A DNA stretch of 64,000 nucleotides from a virus, in IMG/VR virus record IMGVR_UViG_3300028648_000084, positions 17,532-81,531 of that record; one strand, given 5' to 3'. Under the pieces are notes generated by a model. That model saw only the letters and a program-made list of their open reading frames with translations. It searched no databases and was not told the origin of the DNA. The translations under genes were made by a program, and so were the position numbers. Below are positions 8,432-18,365 of the stretch, piece after piece; within the stretch, counting starts at the first letter, position 1, and every line of letters starts with the position of its first letter.

Positions 8432-10423
8432 TCATTCCTGGAACACGAGTCCATCGCTTGAAGCCTTGCGCACGAGACTCGCGACGTTCTTCGCGGTGTC
8501 CTCGGTCGCCTTCGCGATTCGATCAAGCGGTCGGCCACTCCCGGCCTGGAGACTCTGAATGGCTGCGGCCGCGAAGATGCCACGCGACTCCGACTTCGCG
8601 CGAGCGCCGTCGATACCGTCGATCGCATCCGCGAACGCCGGGCGACGACTGGCAAGCGGCCCGTCTTCAGCTGCTGCCTCGCGCGCCTTCCGCGCTTCCT
8701 CCATCGCGCCCCGGAGTTCCTCCTGCGCCTTCGCGAGCGCATCTGCCGTCTCGGCGATAGCTGCGTCACGCGCCGTCGCAATGCCGCGCTGGTCGTCGAT
8801 CAATCCGCCACCGATCGCGTCCTTCCGTGCGGCGAGCGCGTTCGCCGACGCGTTCTTGCGGCCCTCGAGCCGTCCTGCGATGAGCCGCTCCTGAGCAGTG
8901 CGTTCCTTCTCGAGTGCCGCAGCGCCTGCGCCATCCGTCGAGCGACGAGCAGCCTTCGCCGCAGTCGCGTCGAGCGACTCGTCGAAGAGGGCCATCACAT
9001 CGATGATGCGGTCGCCCATCCAGCCGGTCACCGTCTCCCAGACACTGCGGAAGAACGACGTCATCGAGAGCCATGCCCGAGAGACGAACGCAAACGCCTC
9101 CGCCGCCGCCGTTTCAAATGTGCTCCACGCCTCTGCCGCGAAGAGCTGCACACCGGCGACGACCTCGGACCACGAATTCAGGAACCATGTTTTGGCCTCA
9201 GTCCAGATGTCGCGCAGCCAGCCGGTCCCCCGAATCCACTCCGCCTTGATCCCGAGCCACGCGATCTTCGCCGCGAGCGCGAGGTCCCCCGCCTTCATCG
9301 CGTCACCGATCGCACCGAGAACTGCCGTCACGCGCTCGCGGAGTTCGCCGAAGCGTTCTTGCAACCACTGAAGCGCCGCACCACCTGCACCGGTGAAGTA
9401 AAGAAGCGCGGCGATTCCGCCACCGAGCGCGACGGCCACGAGCCCGATCGGTGAGGCAAGCGCGAGGAAGGCCACCTTCATGAGCAGCACCGCCTTGATG
9501 GCGAGACCGAACGCAGTCGCCAGTCCTCCGAATGCCGCCCCCGCCAGCGAGATTGAGAGACCAAGCCCGACGATCGCGGCACCGACGAGGCCGACGATGG
9601 CCACCACCTTCGCGATCGTGACAATCAACGGACGGTTCGCAGCGACCCACTTGCTTGTGGCGGCCGTGACCCGGGCCAGTCGCTCGGCAAGTTCGGTCGT
9701 GATCGGCGCGAGCGCCGCTCCAATCTGGAGCGAGACTCCACGCGCCGACTTCGAGAGCAGGTTCAGGGTGTCATTGAGAACTTCGGCGGCCTTCGCATCC
9801 TTCCCCCCCACCGAAATGCCGAACTCGCGCGCCTGCTTCCGAAGCGCTTCGATGCCCGCGGCGCCCTCACCAAGCAGCGGGATGAGCTGAGCGCCGGCGC
9901 GACCGAAGATGTCCATCGCGGCCGCGGTCCGCTTCGCGGGGTCTTCGACCTGCATAAGCCGATCGGCGATTAGTGCGAACTGCTCATCTGGCGCGAGGCC
10001 TTCGAGGTCCTTCACACTGAGGCCGAGCGCCGCGAACGCATCTTGGGCACCGGTCGCGCCGTTCGCGGCCTCGACCATCGTGCGTTGCATGATGCGGACG
10101 CCCTTCTCGAGCGACTCCATGTCCGCGCCAGACTGCTCGGCCGCGAATCCGAGTTCGGACATCGCCTCCGTGCTCATGCCTGTGCGCGCCGCCGCCTTGG
10201 CGACCGCGTCGCCGACGTCGCTGAAGAGCTTCACGCTCGCCGCAAGTGGTGCTGCCGCAGCAGCCGCGGCACCGACCATGCCGAGGCCGATGTTGCGGAC
10301 GGCACCACCGCACGCCTTCAGTCTCGCCTGCGCGGCGCGCAGTCCCTTCGTGAGCTTGTCGTTGACTCCAAGCTCGACGTACGCGCGACCAGCCTTGATG
10401 CCTGACGCCGAGCCCTTGGCCAA
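8432..10423 (-). CDS. Phage tail tape measure protein (663 aa)
   Basis: IKAGRAYVELG N-terminus, Ala-rich helical body, hydrophobic middle, W/F-periodic repeats; same length as the paralog. Confidence 0.9.
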   Translation of the reverse strand: MAKGSASGIKAGRAYVELGVNDKLTKGLRAAQARLKACGGAVRNIGLGMVGAAAAAAAPLAASVKLFSDVGDAVAKAAARTGMSTEAMSELGFAAEQSGADMESLEKGVRIMQRTMVEAANGATGAQDAFAALGLSVKDLEGLAPDEQFALIADRLMQVEDPAKRTAAAMDIFGRAGAQLIPLLGEGAAGIEALRKQAREFGISVGGKDAKAAEVLNDTLNLLSKSARGVSLQIGAALAPITTELAERLARVTAATSKWVAANRPLIVTIAKVVAIVGLVGAAIVGLGLSISLAGAAFGGLATAFGLAIKAVLLMKVAFLALASPIGLVAVALGGGIAALLYFTGAGGAALQWLQERFGELRERVTAVLGAIGDAMKAGDLALAAKIAWLGIKAEWIRGTGWLRDIWTEAKTWFLNSWSEVVAGVQLFAAEAWSTFETAAAEAFAFVSRAWLSMTSFFRSVWETVTGWMGDRIIDVMALFDESLDATAAKAARRSTDGAGAAALEKERTAQERLIAGRLEGRKNASANALAARKDAIGGGLIDDQRGIATARDAAIAETADALAKAQEELRGAMEEARKAREAAAEDGPLASRRPAFADAIDGIDGARAKSESRGIFAAAAIQSLQAGSGRPLDRIAKATEDTAKNVASLVRKASSDGLVFQE

Positions 10424-10426
10424 TGT

Positions 10427-10939
10427 TCATCCCCTTGAGACGACTGCGTTCCTGAACTGCTCCGGGAGCTTCGATGCTTCGCGTTCGAGCGCCGGCGCCA
10501 TGTAGGGGCGCGCGTCGATGCGCACGGTCTTGCGCTCGGCGTTTCCATTCCGGGATCGGCGCTCGACGACGGTCGTGCCTCCGAACTCGAGCGTCTCGGG
10601 CGCCCTCGTGCTCTTGTTGATGCGCTCGGGTCCGACGAGCACGCTGGGACTGCTTGAGCCTGGGACGGCCGCGAAGAGGATGCGGTCACGAAGCAGGCCA
10701 GTCCGCGAGTACGGAGGACTGCCAGGGGTCGAGACACGTTGCACCACTTTCGGAGTCTTGCCCTCTCGCGCCCGGCCTCGTGCTCGGACCTTGCCTTCTT
10801 TGATCGACTTGCGAGCGCCGCGCATCACGAAGGCGCCTCCCTTGGAGAGCGCCTTGCGAGTGGCCGCATCCATCGCGCGCACGACGCGCTCGCGGTCGAA
10901 GAAGAAGTCCTTGCTCTTGCCGATCGCCATCGTGAACAT
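10427..10939 (-). CDS. Basic phage neck/tail completion protein (HK97 gp10-like)
   Basis: Arg/Lys-rich, ends ARPYMAPALERE; paralog at 33372-33890. Confidence 0.65.
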   Translation of the reverse strand: MFTMAIGKSKDFFFDRERVVRAMDAATRKALSKGGAFVMRGARKSIKEGKVRARGRAREGKTPKVVQRVSTPGSPPYSRTGLLRDRILFAAVPGSSSPSVLVGPERINKSTRAPETLEFGGTTVVERRSRNGNAERKTVRIDARPYMAPALEREASKLPEQFRNAVVSRG

Positions 10940-10942
10940 GGC

Positions 10943-11825
10943 TCAGGCCTCGGCCTTCGCGAGTGCGAACTCCAATCGCGCCATGTCGTCACCTGCGAGG
11001 ACTGCCTTCGCCTGCTTGCGGACATTCGGATCGTTCGCGATGTTCTCGATGCCGAAGCGCTCGGTGACCGCGATGACTCGGCGGGCGCCGTCACGCTGTT
11101 CGACTGCTTCATCGCGTTCGCCCTCGAGCTCGCGTGCCTTCTTGCGACCTCGCAGCGCGATCATGGTCCCGATCGAGCCGCCGCCGAGGACAGCGGCGAG
11201 TCCAGTCTCGAGCACACTCGACACCTGGCTCGCGATCATCCCGGCTCCGGGGACACCGAGATTGCCGACCTGCTCGCCGATCCCCTTGACCGCCGCCGTC
11301 GCGCGCTTGATCGCAGCACCCGTCGCTTCGTCGAAGGACTCGAGTGTCGCCTCCGCAGTCGCGAGCTCGCGCTTCGCCTTGCTCGCGGCGACCTCCACCT
11401 TGACGAGTTGTTCTTCGTAGTCGGCCAGCAGTCGCGCGACGGCCGCGGACTCGTTCGTGAGCCCTTCGAGCTGGCCGTCGATCTCCTTGATCGATGCGAG
11501 CAGGATCGTGCGCGCCTCCGGTGGCGCCGTCGCGAGCTTCGCTGCGAGTTCGGACTGCATCCGTTCGAGCACGGCGCGTCGCTGACCGATGCGATCTTCC
11601 GAGGCCTTCACCTTCGCCGTCTCGCGCTCAGCCAGGAGTCGCTGCTCCTTGAGCTTCTCGACTTCCTCATCCGCCTTTGCGATCTGATCAGCGGTCGCCC
11701 TCACGTCCTTGCTGGTCGGTGCACCGACGGCCCCCGCCACGACGTCTCGGAAGGCGTCACAGCCGGTAACCCAAGGAACCGCCATCAGGCAGAACAGGAG
11801 GGCCAGGACTGACTTTCGATACCTC
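10943..11825 (-). pseudogene. Coiled-coil lipoprotein that has lost its start codon
   Basis: Frame reads RYRKSVLALLFCLMAVPWVTGC, matching MRYRNSVLALLFC of 33894-34796, but the ATG is replaced by CGG at the 11825/11826 junction; an internal ATG remains at 11785. Confidence 0.7.
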
Positions 11826-12119
11826 CGTGAAGTTGTAGCGGCCGAGCTTTCTCGGGTTGATCTTCGGATCGAGTGTCGAGTTGACCTTGATGGTCCTGTC
11901 GCCGAAGAGGATCAGGCCGAGCACATCCGGCGTGCCGAGGTCCTCGACGATGAGGCCGAGTTCCAGATGGAACTCCACGATATCGTCGAGAGGAACCGGC
12001 ACTGATCGCGCCCAACCCTTGGCCTTCCACTCGTCGAGCAGCGCCTCCGCGTCCGCCTCGATCCTCGACTCGGGCAGGTATCGAACGCGCTCGTGTTGAC
12101 CGACGAACGGCCGGGTCAC
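11826..12119 (-). pseudogene. Truncated ImmA/IrrE metallopeptidase
   Basis: GTG overlaps the XRE stop. Matches the N-half of 980-1744 (VPVPLD..., GRYNFT) and breaks just before the expected AHE-x-x-H. Confidence 0.8.
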
Positions 12120-12484
12120 GGGACCTGACCTTTGGTGGACCGTTTCACCAGGTCGGCCACGAGCTTCTTGAGCTCTTTCGAGTCCATCTTGTTCGCCGCG
12201 CGAAGAAGTGCCGGCATCGCCCGAGGCTGGCTCAGGATGATCTTCTCCATGTCGTCGGGCACGCGCCCCGCGAGCGCGATCCATTCGTCGGCGTCTGCTT
12301 CGAGAAGCTTCGCCATCAGGCGCACACGCTCCGCAGTCGGCGGGTACTCCGTCCGGCTGGTCTCGATCAGCGAGAGGTATGTGGGGCTCACGTCGATCAT
12401 CTCGGCGAACTTCCGGAGGCTGATTCGCTTCTCCAGCCGTCGTTCTCGAAGCACTGGCCCGAATTGTTGTCGCTTGCCACCCAT
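12116..12484 (-). CDS. XRE-family HTH regulator
   Basis: FGPVLRERRLEKRISLRKFAEMIDVSPTYLSLIE; paralog of 594-974. Confidence 0.9.
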   Translation of the reverse strand: MGGKRQQFGPVLRERRLEKRISLRKFAEMIDVSPTYLSLIETSRTEYPPTAERVRLMAKLLEADADEWIALAGRVPDDMEKIILSQPRAMPALLRAANKMDSKELKKLVADLVKRSTKGQVP

Positions 12485-12501
12485 GCTGCTACAGGCGGGG
12501 A

Positions 12502-12556
12502 TTGACGATCCATGTCCTGCCCGTTTACTCTAGCGTGGACATAACCGGCGGGTCAA
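12502..12556. promoter_or_regulatory. Face-to-face sigma70-like promoters with overlapping -10 boxes
   Basis: Plus strand: TTGACG(12502)-18 nt-TACTCT(12526). Minus strand: TTGACC(12556)-18 nt-TAGAGT(12532). Confidence 0.4.
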
Positions 12557-12695
12557 CCCCATCGGAGTGAGCGGCGATCGCGCTGAGGACTCATGACGCT
12601 TCGGCCGACTCGTTCTGATCGATACTTCCCACACGAGGGGAAGTTCCTTAGGGACGAGCGCGTCGCCGCGCGGTGAGAAGGAGACGAACTGCCCC

Positions 12696-14525
12696 ATGGC
12701 GAATCCCCCAAATGCTCCAGACGCCTCGGCACCTCCAGCCCATACCGTGAGTGAGATGATGCCGGAGAGTGGCGCCCCCAGTGACGCGCGCCATGACAAG
12801 GACATCTTGCGACGAGAGGTTGTGTCCTCATTGAATGCCGTCGCCAGACGCCACGGTCTCGAGGTCGCTGAGAGCGGGAAGACTGCCCGAATGCGGGACC
12901 TTGACGATTCGACGGGGTACTGGTCCGACCCGACTGCGGTGACGCCAAAACCACCCCGGTGGATTATCCATCTCGCCCTCGCGGATGGTCATGTCAGGGC
13001 AACGGTCCCAGCGCTGCCGGGCTCGCGTCGCACCGGATACTTCAACACGGCCAATCGCGATGTCGGCGTCGGCTGCTTTCGCATTGCAGTGGCAATCAGG
13101 TTTCCGGGGGAGACCAAGTTCCACTTCAACGCGGAGTGGGACTGGCTCCTTTGGTTCGCGTTCAATCCCGCGCTCCCGAATGGCACAAGTGGACAGCTCT
13201 TGGATGACTTTGATCCTGCGACCGGCGCGCTCAAGTACATGGGGCATCCTCAGTCCTACATCGCAGCTGGTCTGGTGTGTCTATCCCCTGCCAATCAGGT
13301 CTTCAAGAGTGCCGGGCACACGCTCACCTACCAGCAGGCGACCGATGCCTTGCACCGCCTCATTCACGTGTCCCCCGAGCCGCCACGCCCAACTGGCGAT
13401 GAAGGCCACGATCGCACCACGCAGATTCCCGTGTTCGATGCCACTGACACTGCATCTCGACGCCTCCTGACTGAGCGATTGGATTCCGCCTTTGGTGCAG
13501 CCAAAGCGTCGATTGCGGAACCAGATTCCGAGGGCCGAGCGGAGCGCGTCCGCATCCCCGTTTTCCCCGAGTTAATTGGACTGTCGCCGTCGTTGTTTCG
13601 ACAGATTGAAGCGGCGATCAATTCAGGCAAGCGGCACCTGATGTTCTACGGCCCCCCGGGCACCGGCAAGACGACACTCGCTCAGCTAGTGGCGGGAAGT
13701 CTCGCTGATCAATGGAAGCTGATCACTGCTTCGGCAGATTGGACGTCGCAAGACATCATTGGCGGATACATGCCGCTTGAAGGTGGGAGACTGGCATTCG
13801 TCCCCGGCGTGCTACTGTCGCACTTCGACAAACCGCTCATCATCGACGAGCTCAACCGTTGCGACATTGACAAAGTGATCGGATCGCTCTTTACCGTGCT
13901 CAGTGGACATCCAACGACGCTCCCATACCTGACAAATCCGGCCGATGCCACATCGTCGCGGTTCGCCATCTTGCCTGAGCACAAGCCCGACCGAGCATCG
14001 CATGAGTTTGCGCCGTCCCCGGACTGGCGTCTGATTGCCACGATTAACACGGTCGACAAGTCGTCTCTCTATCAGATGTCCTACGCACTTTCGCGCCGCT
14101 TTGCGTGGATCTTCGTGGATGCGCCAGCAGCCCCGTCTACGTTCCTCGTTGACTGGATGCGAGCAAAGGGACTGATTCCTTCGAACGCGGGCACTCCTGC
14201 GGAGATTCCGCTCGGCGGCGTTTGGTCTGCAGTCAACGCAGTTCGACCGCTTGGTCCCGCGCCCGCGATCGACGCCGTCCAGTACATGGAGGCGTCCGCT
14301 GACGGCGGGGGCATCGATCATCTAAGCCCAATCACATCTCCCGATGACGCGCGCGTCGCCCTGCTTGCCGAAGCCCTCGTCATCTTCTTCCTGCCGCTGC
14401 TGGACGGCATCAGCCGCCAGGAAGGCGAATCCTTGACCACCGCGATCCGCACAGTCCTATCGCTCCCTGCCGAGCACGCGATCGCGCTTCAGCTTCACCG
14501 CTCGGTACTTGCTATCTGCATATGA
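12696..14525 (+). CDS. mcrB: McrB-like AAA+ NTPase with an unrecognised N-terminal domain
   Basis: GPPGTGKT, IIDELNR, ATINTVD (McrB NxxD motif), ALSRRFAW. Confidence 0.85.
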   Translation: MANPPNAPDASAPPAHTVSEMMPESGAPSDARHDKDILRREVVSSLNAVARRHGLEVAESGKTARMRDLDDSTGYWSDPTAVTPKPPRWIIHLALADGHVRATVPALPGSRRTGYFNTANRDVGVGCFRIAVAIRFPGETKFHFNAEWDWLLWFAFNPALPNGTSGQLLDDFDPATGALKYMGHPQSYIAAGLVCLSPANQVFKSAGHTLTYQQATDALHRLIHVSPEPPRPTGDEGHDRTTQIPVFDATDTASRRLLTERLDSAFGAAKASIAEPDSEGRAERVRIPVFPELIGLSPSLFRQIEAAINSGKRHLMFYGPPGTGKTTLAQLVAGSLADQWKLITASADWTSQDIIGGYMPLEGGRLAFVPGVLLSHFDKPLIIDELNRCDIDKVIGSLFTVLSGHPTTLPYLTNPADATSSRFAILPEHKPDRASHEFAPSPDWRLIATINTVDKSSLYQMSYALSRRFAWIFVDAPAAPSTFLVDWMRAKGLIPSNAGTPAEIPLGGVWSAVNAVRPLGPAPAIDAVQYMEASADGGGIDHLSPITSPDDARVALLAEALVIFFLPLLDGISRQEGESLTTAIRTVLSLPAEHAIALQLHRSVLAICI

Positions 14526-15760
14526 CGGAACCCGGCACTCTGGTCGATGCTGCGATCGTCCGCCTGCTCCTCAGATACTTCCGACGAGGTTCGCCGGTGG
14601 TGTTGGCGGGTGAACTCGACACCACTCGTGAAGACTCAGATCTGGTGGTGTTTCACTGGGCGATGTCCGCAGAGATTGAGCTGCTCGCCTCGCATCTAAC
14701 CCGCAGCCCTCACGAGACCGAACTTGTGTTGGTTCAAGAGCGCACCGAGAGCAGCGGACTTGCCCGTGGACGTGTCGATGCGGTTGGCACACTCATGGCT
14801 CAGCGCAGAAGCGGCGATGTTGCTCGGGTCATTTCGTTTGCGCCCTCGCGACATGCCGATCATGGCATCAACCGACTGCTTGTGTGGGTCATCAAGCGCG
14901 CGTCTGAGGCGCTCGATCGCCTTGCGGGATTGATCGCGGCTGACAGCCCGTACTTTGAGAGATGCACTCGACTCCGCGCGGCGCTCGTACCGATCTCCCG
15001 CAGCTCAGGGGTCGCGGATCTCTTTCGGTCAGTACGGCTTTCCAATCGTCCCACTGCAGGCGATGTTCGGCATGCGGCGCGACACCGCAGGGCGCTCTAT
15101 CGCCTCGGTGCGGCGGCGTACTCACAGCTTCTCGCGGTCGAACGCGGGGATCCATCGGCCATTGCTGCGACGCTACATGAGTCCGTGGTCGCACCGATAG
15201 AGCCGTGGCGTCGATTCGAGATGCTTACTGCGCTCGCGATTGCTGACACCATTGCGCGCCGTGTCTCAGCGCCACTTTCGCTGGAGATTCTGACTGCGGG
15301 CGGCGCCTCGAAACCAATCGCGCGTTGTGGGGAATACGAGGTCCACTGGCAATCGCGGACTCCCCACTACACAGAACCCGCGCTCGAACCCTCCGAGCAA
15401 CTCACAGCAAACATCTGTTCCGACTTCGGCATTGTCTGGGGAGCCGACCGGCCTGATGTCGTAGTAGTGGACGCCTCCGCAGGTCGCGTCATTGCGCTCG
15501 CAGAGGCAAAGTTCATCGGAGGGACGCCGGGCCACGAGTCAAATCCCCTCTCAGATGCGATCGAGCAGCTTGTCAGGTACAGCCGCGGCTACGGCCCCGA
15601 GGTACTTGGAGCATCGGTGATCGCCATGTCGCGACTACCTTCGTCTGTGTGGATCGGCCAGCCATGTGCCAGGTCTCCGTTCGCGATCGATTTGAACGGA
15701 CTGCTCAATGCAGCTCTGGACGATTGGCCACTCATGAGCGCCGTTCGCCAGAATCGGTGA
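14522..15760 (+). CDS. mcrC: McrC-like PD-(D/E)xK nuclease
   Basis: ATGA-coupled to the McrB-like gene; RPDVVVVD...LAEAKF motif. Confidence 0.7.
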   Translation: MTEPGTLVDAAIVRLLLRYFRRGSPVVLAGELDTTREDSDLVVFHWAMSAEIELLASHLTRSPHETELVLVQERTESSGLARGRVDAVGTLMAQRRSGDVARVISFAPSRHADHGINRLLVWVIKRASEALDRLAGLIAADSPYFERCTRLRAALVPISRSSGVADLFRSVRLSNRPTAGDVRHAARHRRALYRLGAAAYSQLLAVERGDPSAIAATLHESVVAPIEPWRRFEMLTALAIADTIARRVSAPLSLEILTAGGASKPIARCGEYEVHWQSRTPHYTEPALEPSEQLTANICSDFGIVWGADRPDVVVVDASAGRVIALAEAKFIGGTPGHESNPLSDAIEQLVRYSRGYGPEVLGASVIAMSRLPSSVWIGQPCARSPFAIDLNGLLNAALDDWPLMSAVRQNR

Positions 15761-15770
15761 TCACGGGGGA

Positions 15771-17003
15771 TCAGGTGGCTGGCGCCAGCGCTGAGCCACG
15801 GGCTCGGCCGCGACGCTTCTTCGTTCGGTTCTTGCCTGCCTCGCCCGTCCCGAGACGATCTGGTCCAGGGGCGTTCTGTAGCGCGCAAGGCGGAAAGATG
15901 TTGTACGGCTTCATGCCAGGTGCGGGAGCACGAGGCTCGCGATCGAATCGTGCCATTGCGCCCTTCAGGAACTCCGCGTCGAGCTCGCAACAGAGCCATC
16001 GCCGGTCGAGTCGGTCGCATACCTCGCCGGTCACGCAGGAACCAGCAAACGGGTCGAGGACAACATCGCCTTCGTCGGTGAGCATTCTTACGAAGTATTC
16101 GGGGAGAAGAGATGGGAATCGTGCTGGGTGAATTGGAAGGCCTTGCTTCCGACAGTAGGCTTGGTACTGGCCGCTCGATTCGGTGTTGGCGATAGCAAGC
16201 AGGTTGGGGGGGACCGAACCGCCATTATGCCGTTGGAACTTTGTTGAAATATCATGACCTGATGGACGTAGTTTCGCGGTGTACCCATTCTTCAGTAGGT
16301 ACTCCATCGCTTCAGAGTACGGTGCGAGAACGCGCCGATTGTCTGCCTTTGGCCACGGACTGGGGGAAAGCCACCAGACGCAGTTGACTGCGTCCTTCAC
16401 TCGGATCCTACGAATGTTCACCCATTCCGCGGGCGTGGGAAGTTTTGACGGACTCCACCAATAGTGCTCCTCGCAGAGGTGGAACCCGAATTCGCGGCAG
16501 AGACTGATTAGCAATTCGAAGTGGTATAGAGATCGCGTGGGCGTTCCGGCCTTCCACGCGCCGCCGATATCGATGACAAGGCTCCCGTTCTCCTTGAGGA
16601 CTCTGCGAAAGCCAGCCGCAAATGGCCGGAACCACTCAACATACTGATCCGCGTCCTCGTTGCCGTACGACTTTTTACGCACTAGTCCGAAAGGCGGCGA
16701 GGTCACGATTAAGTCCACAGAGCTCGGAGCAAGCGTCTTGAACAAAAGCCCTCGCGAATCGCCGTGGTAAACCTTGCCGCGGCGAACAGAGGCGAACACA
16801 TGCGGTTCCTCGTACTGCGCTGCGATCGGAGCGAGTCGGGCAGCTGAAGCGCGAAGATGACTGCGGTGAAGGAATCGGACGTACTCGCTAATGCTTGGGA
16901 ATCCTGACTCCGACGCCGCACGCTCCATCGCACCTCGTTCGGTGTGTGTTAGGCGTACATTTGCCGCCGAGGAACGAGGAGAGACTGCTTTCGGTCGGGG
17001 CAT
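15771..17003 (-). CDS. N4C/N6A DNA methyltransferase (beta class) with N-terminal ribbon-helix-helix domain
   Basis: TSPPF (motif IV), HPARFP, VLDPFAGS (motif I). N-terminus VRLTHTERGAMERAASESGFPSISEYVR is RHH-like. Start placed at ATG 17003. Confidence 0.85.
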   Translation of the reverse strand: MPRPKAVSPRSSAANVRLTHTERGAMERAASESGFPSISEYVRFLHRSHLRASAARLAPIAAQYEEPHVFASVRRGKVYHGDSRGLLFKTLAPSSVDLIVTSPPFGLVRKKSYGNEDADQYVEWFRPFAAGFRRVLKENGSLVIDIGGAWKAGTPTRSLYHFELLISLCREFGFHLCEEHYWWSPSKLPTPAEWVNIRRIRVKDAVNCVWWLSPSPWPKADNRRVLAPYSEAMEYLLKNGYTAKLRPSGHDISTKFQRHNGGSVPPNLLAIANTESSGQYQAYCRKQGLPIHPARFPSLLPEYFVRMLTDEGDVVLDPFAGSCVTGEVCDRLDRRWLCCELDAEFLKGAMARFDREPRAPAPGMKPYNIFPPCALQNAPGPDRLGTGEAGKNRTKKRRGRARGSALAPAT

Positions 17004-17037
17004 GGGCGTTTCCAGAGAGTGAGGCGGAGTTTCGGTC

Positions 17038-17066
17038 ACTCTAACTAGAGGGTTCTTGTGTGACAA
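17038..17066 (-). promoter_or_regulatory. sigma70 promoter TTGTCA-17-TAGAGT with overlapping inverted repeat CTCTA-N2-TAGAG
   Basis: -35 at 17066-17061, -10 at 17043-17038, palindrome at 17039-17050. Confidence 0.6.
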
Positions 17067-17400
17067 GAACCATGGACGACAGCCGCGTCCGGAACGTCCG
17101 CCACGCGGCCCTCTGGTCGGACCATCGCGTGCTCCGAACCACGGACCTGAGCATGTGTTCACTGAGATTTTCGCGGCCCGCGCTCACTGGGGCTTGAAGC
17201 AACGCCTCCTGAATGTCGGGCGCAAGGTGCAGCAGATTCATGATCTGCGTCATTCGTGGCTGGGTGACGTGCGCGACGTGCGCGAGTTCGGACAGGCTCG
17301 ATACGGAGCCGGAGCGGAGCAGTCCCTCGAACTTGATCGCGAGGGCCATGAGGCGCGCGACCCGTGGCACGCGCTCCACGGGCACCTCGGCCGCGACCTG
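17041..17400 (-). pseudogene. 5'-truncated recombinase-associated small HTH protein
   Basis: RVPRVARLMALAI...TQPR.TQI.NL..LAPDIQE.LL is shared with 59733-60131; the N-terminus is missing. Confidence 0.7.
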
Positions 17401-17404
17401 TCCC

Positions 17405-17647
17405 GAGCTGGTCGAGATTCCCAAGAGCCTCCTTCAACAGGCATCAAGGGCGATTCTGTGGATGGTCGACACGAGCAAGCAGTCACCGAAGCCGGGATAC
17501 GGCGAGGTTCGGGACGAGTCGGGCAAGCCGATGTTCGCGCTCTATTTCGACGGCGGCACGGAGCGGAAGCTCCAGCTCAAGGACATCGACAAGTCGCACT
17601 GCATCGTGCACGCAACGTGGGCGTTCAACGGGTCGAGCGCCGCTTGA
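17405..17647 (+). pseudogene. C-terminal fragment of an SmaI-like type II restriction endonuclease
   Basis: ELVEIPKSLL...KQSPKPGYG...LYFDGGTERKLQ...HCIVH matches my recollection of the R.SmaI C-terminus; no start codon or N-terminal half. Confidence 0.65.
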
Positions 17648-18365
17648 CCTTGATGCCTGCTCCGGAGAGGCGCTTCTTAGCCAGTTCAAGGTAGTCCGGG
17701 TTCAGCTCGATGCCGACGAAGGAGCGCTTCAGTTTCGCCGCGACGACGCCGGTTGTGCCCGCGCCGCAGAACGGATCGAGAACGACATCGCCCTCCCGGC
17801 TACCAGCGCGCAGGCACGGATCGACGAGCGCTGTCGGGAAGGTCGCGAAGTGCGCCTCGGGGTAGGCCTCGGTGTTGATGCCCCAGACGGATCGGAGGGA
17901 TCGCATCGCACTCCTGTCCCGAGTCTGCTCTCGTACGGCTTCGTGATCGTAGAAATACTGCTCGGACTTCGAGAACAGGAAGACATACTCGTGGACGCGC
18001 GAAGGGCGATCCTTGACCGATTCGGGCAGTCCATTCGGCTTGTGCCAAATGATGTCGGAGCGCAGATACCACCCTTTTGCCTGAAGCGCGAACGCGAGCC
18101 TCCACGGAACGCCGATCAGATCCTTCGGTTTGAGTCCGGGCGGCGTGGGAGCGCGATACGACATGCCGCGTGCAGCGTTCTTCCGATCGGTCTGCCGCCA
18201 TGTTCGACCGCCGCTCGTGAAGCTGTCACCGATGTTCAGCCAGAAGGTGCCGTCTGGCTTCAGGACGCGCCGCACCTCCTCGAAGACCTCGGTCAGCTTG
18301 CTTAAATAGGCGTCGAGGTCCATCTCCGCTCCGATCTGTCCCTCGATCCCGTAGTCGCGCAGGCC
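17625..18365 (-). pseudogene. SmaI/Cfr9I-like N4-cytosine methyltransferase lacking its catalytic SPPY motif
   Basis: GLRDYGIEGQIGAE...WLNIGDSFTSGGRTW...LKPKDLIGVPWRLAFALQ...VLDPFCGAGTT. The frame upstream of GLRDYG is unrelated and hits TAG. Confidence 0.8.

Larger units (their letters stand above)
5612..17400 (-). mobile_element. Defective prophage, unit 1 (tail block, accessory slot and recombinase-module remnant)
   Basis: Seven tail-region genes collinear with 28521-34796; deletion junctions at 11825/11826 and ~17400; head, replication and recombinase genes are absent. Confidence 0.8.
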
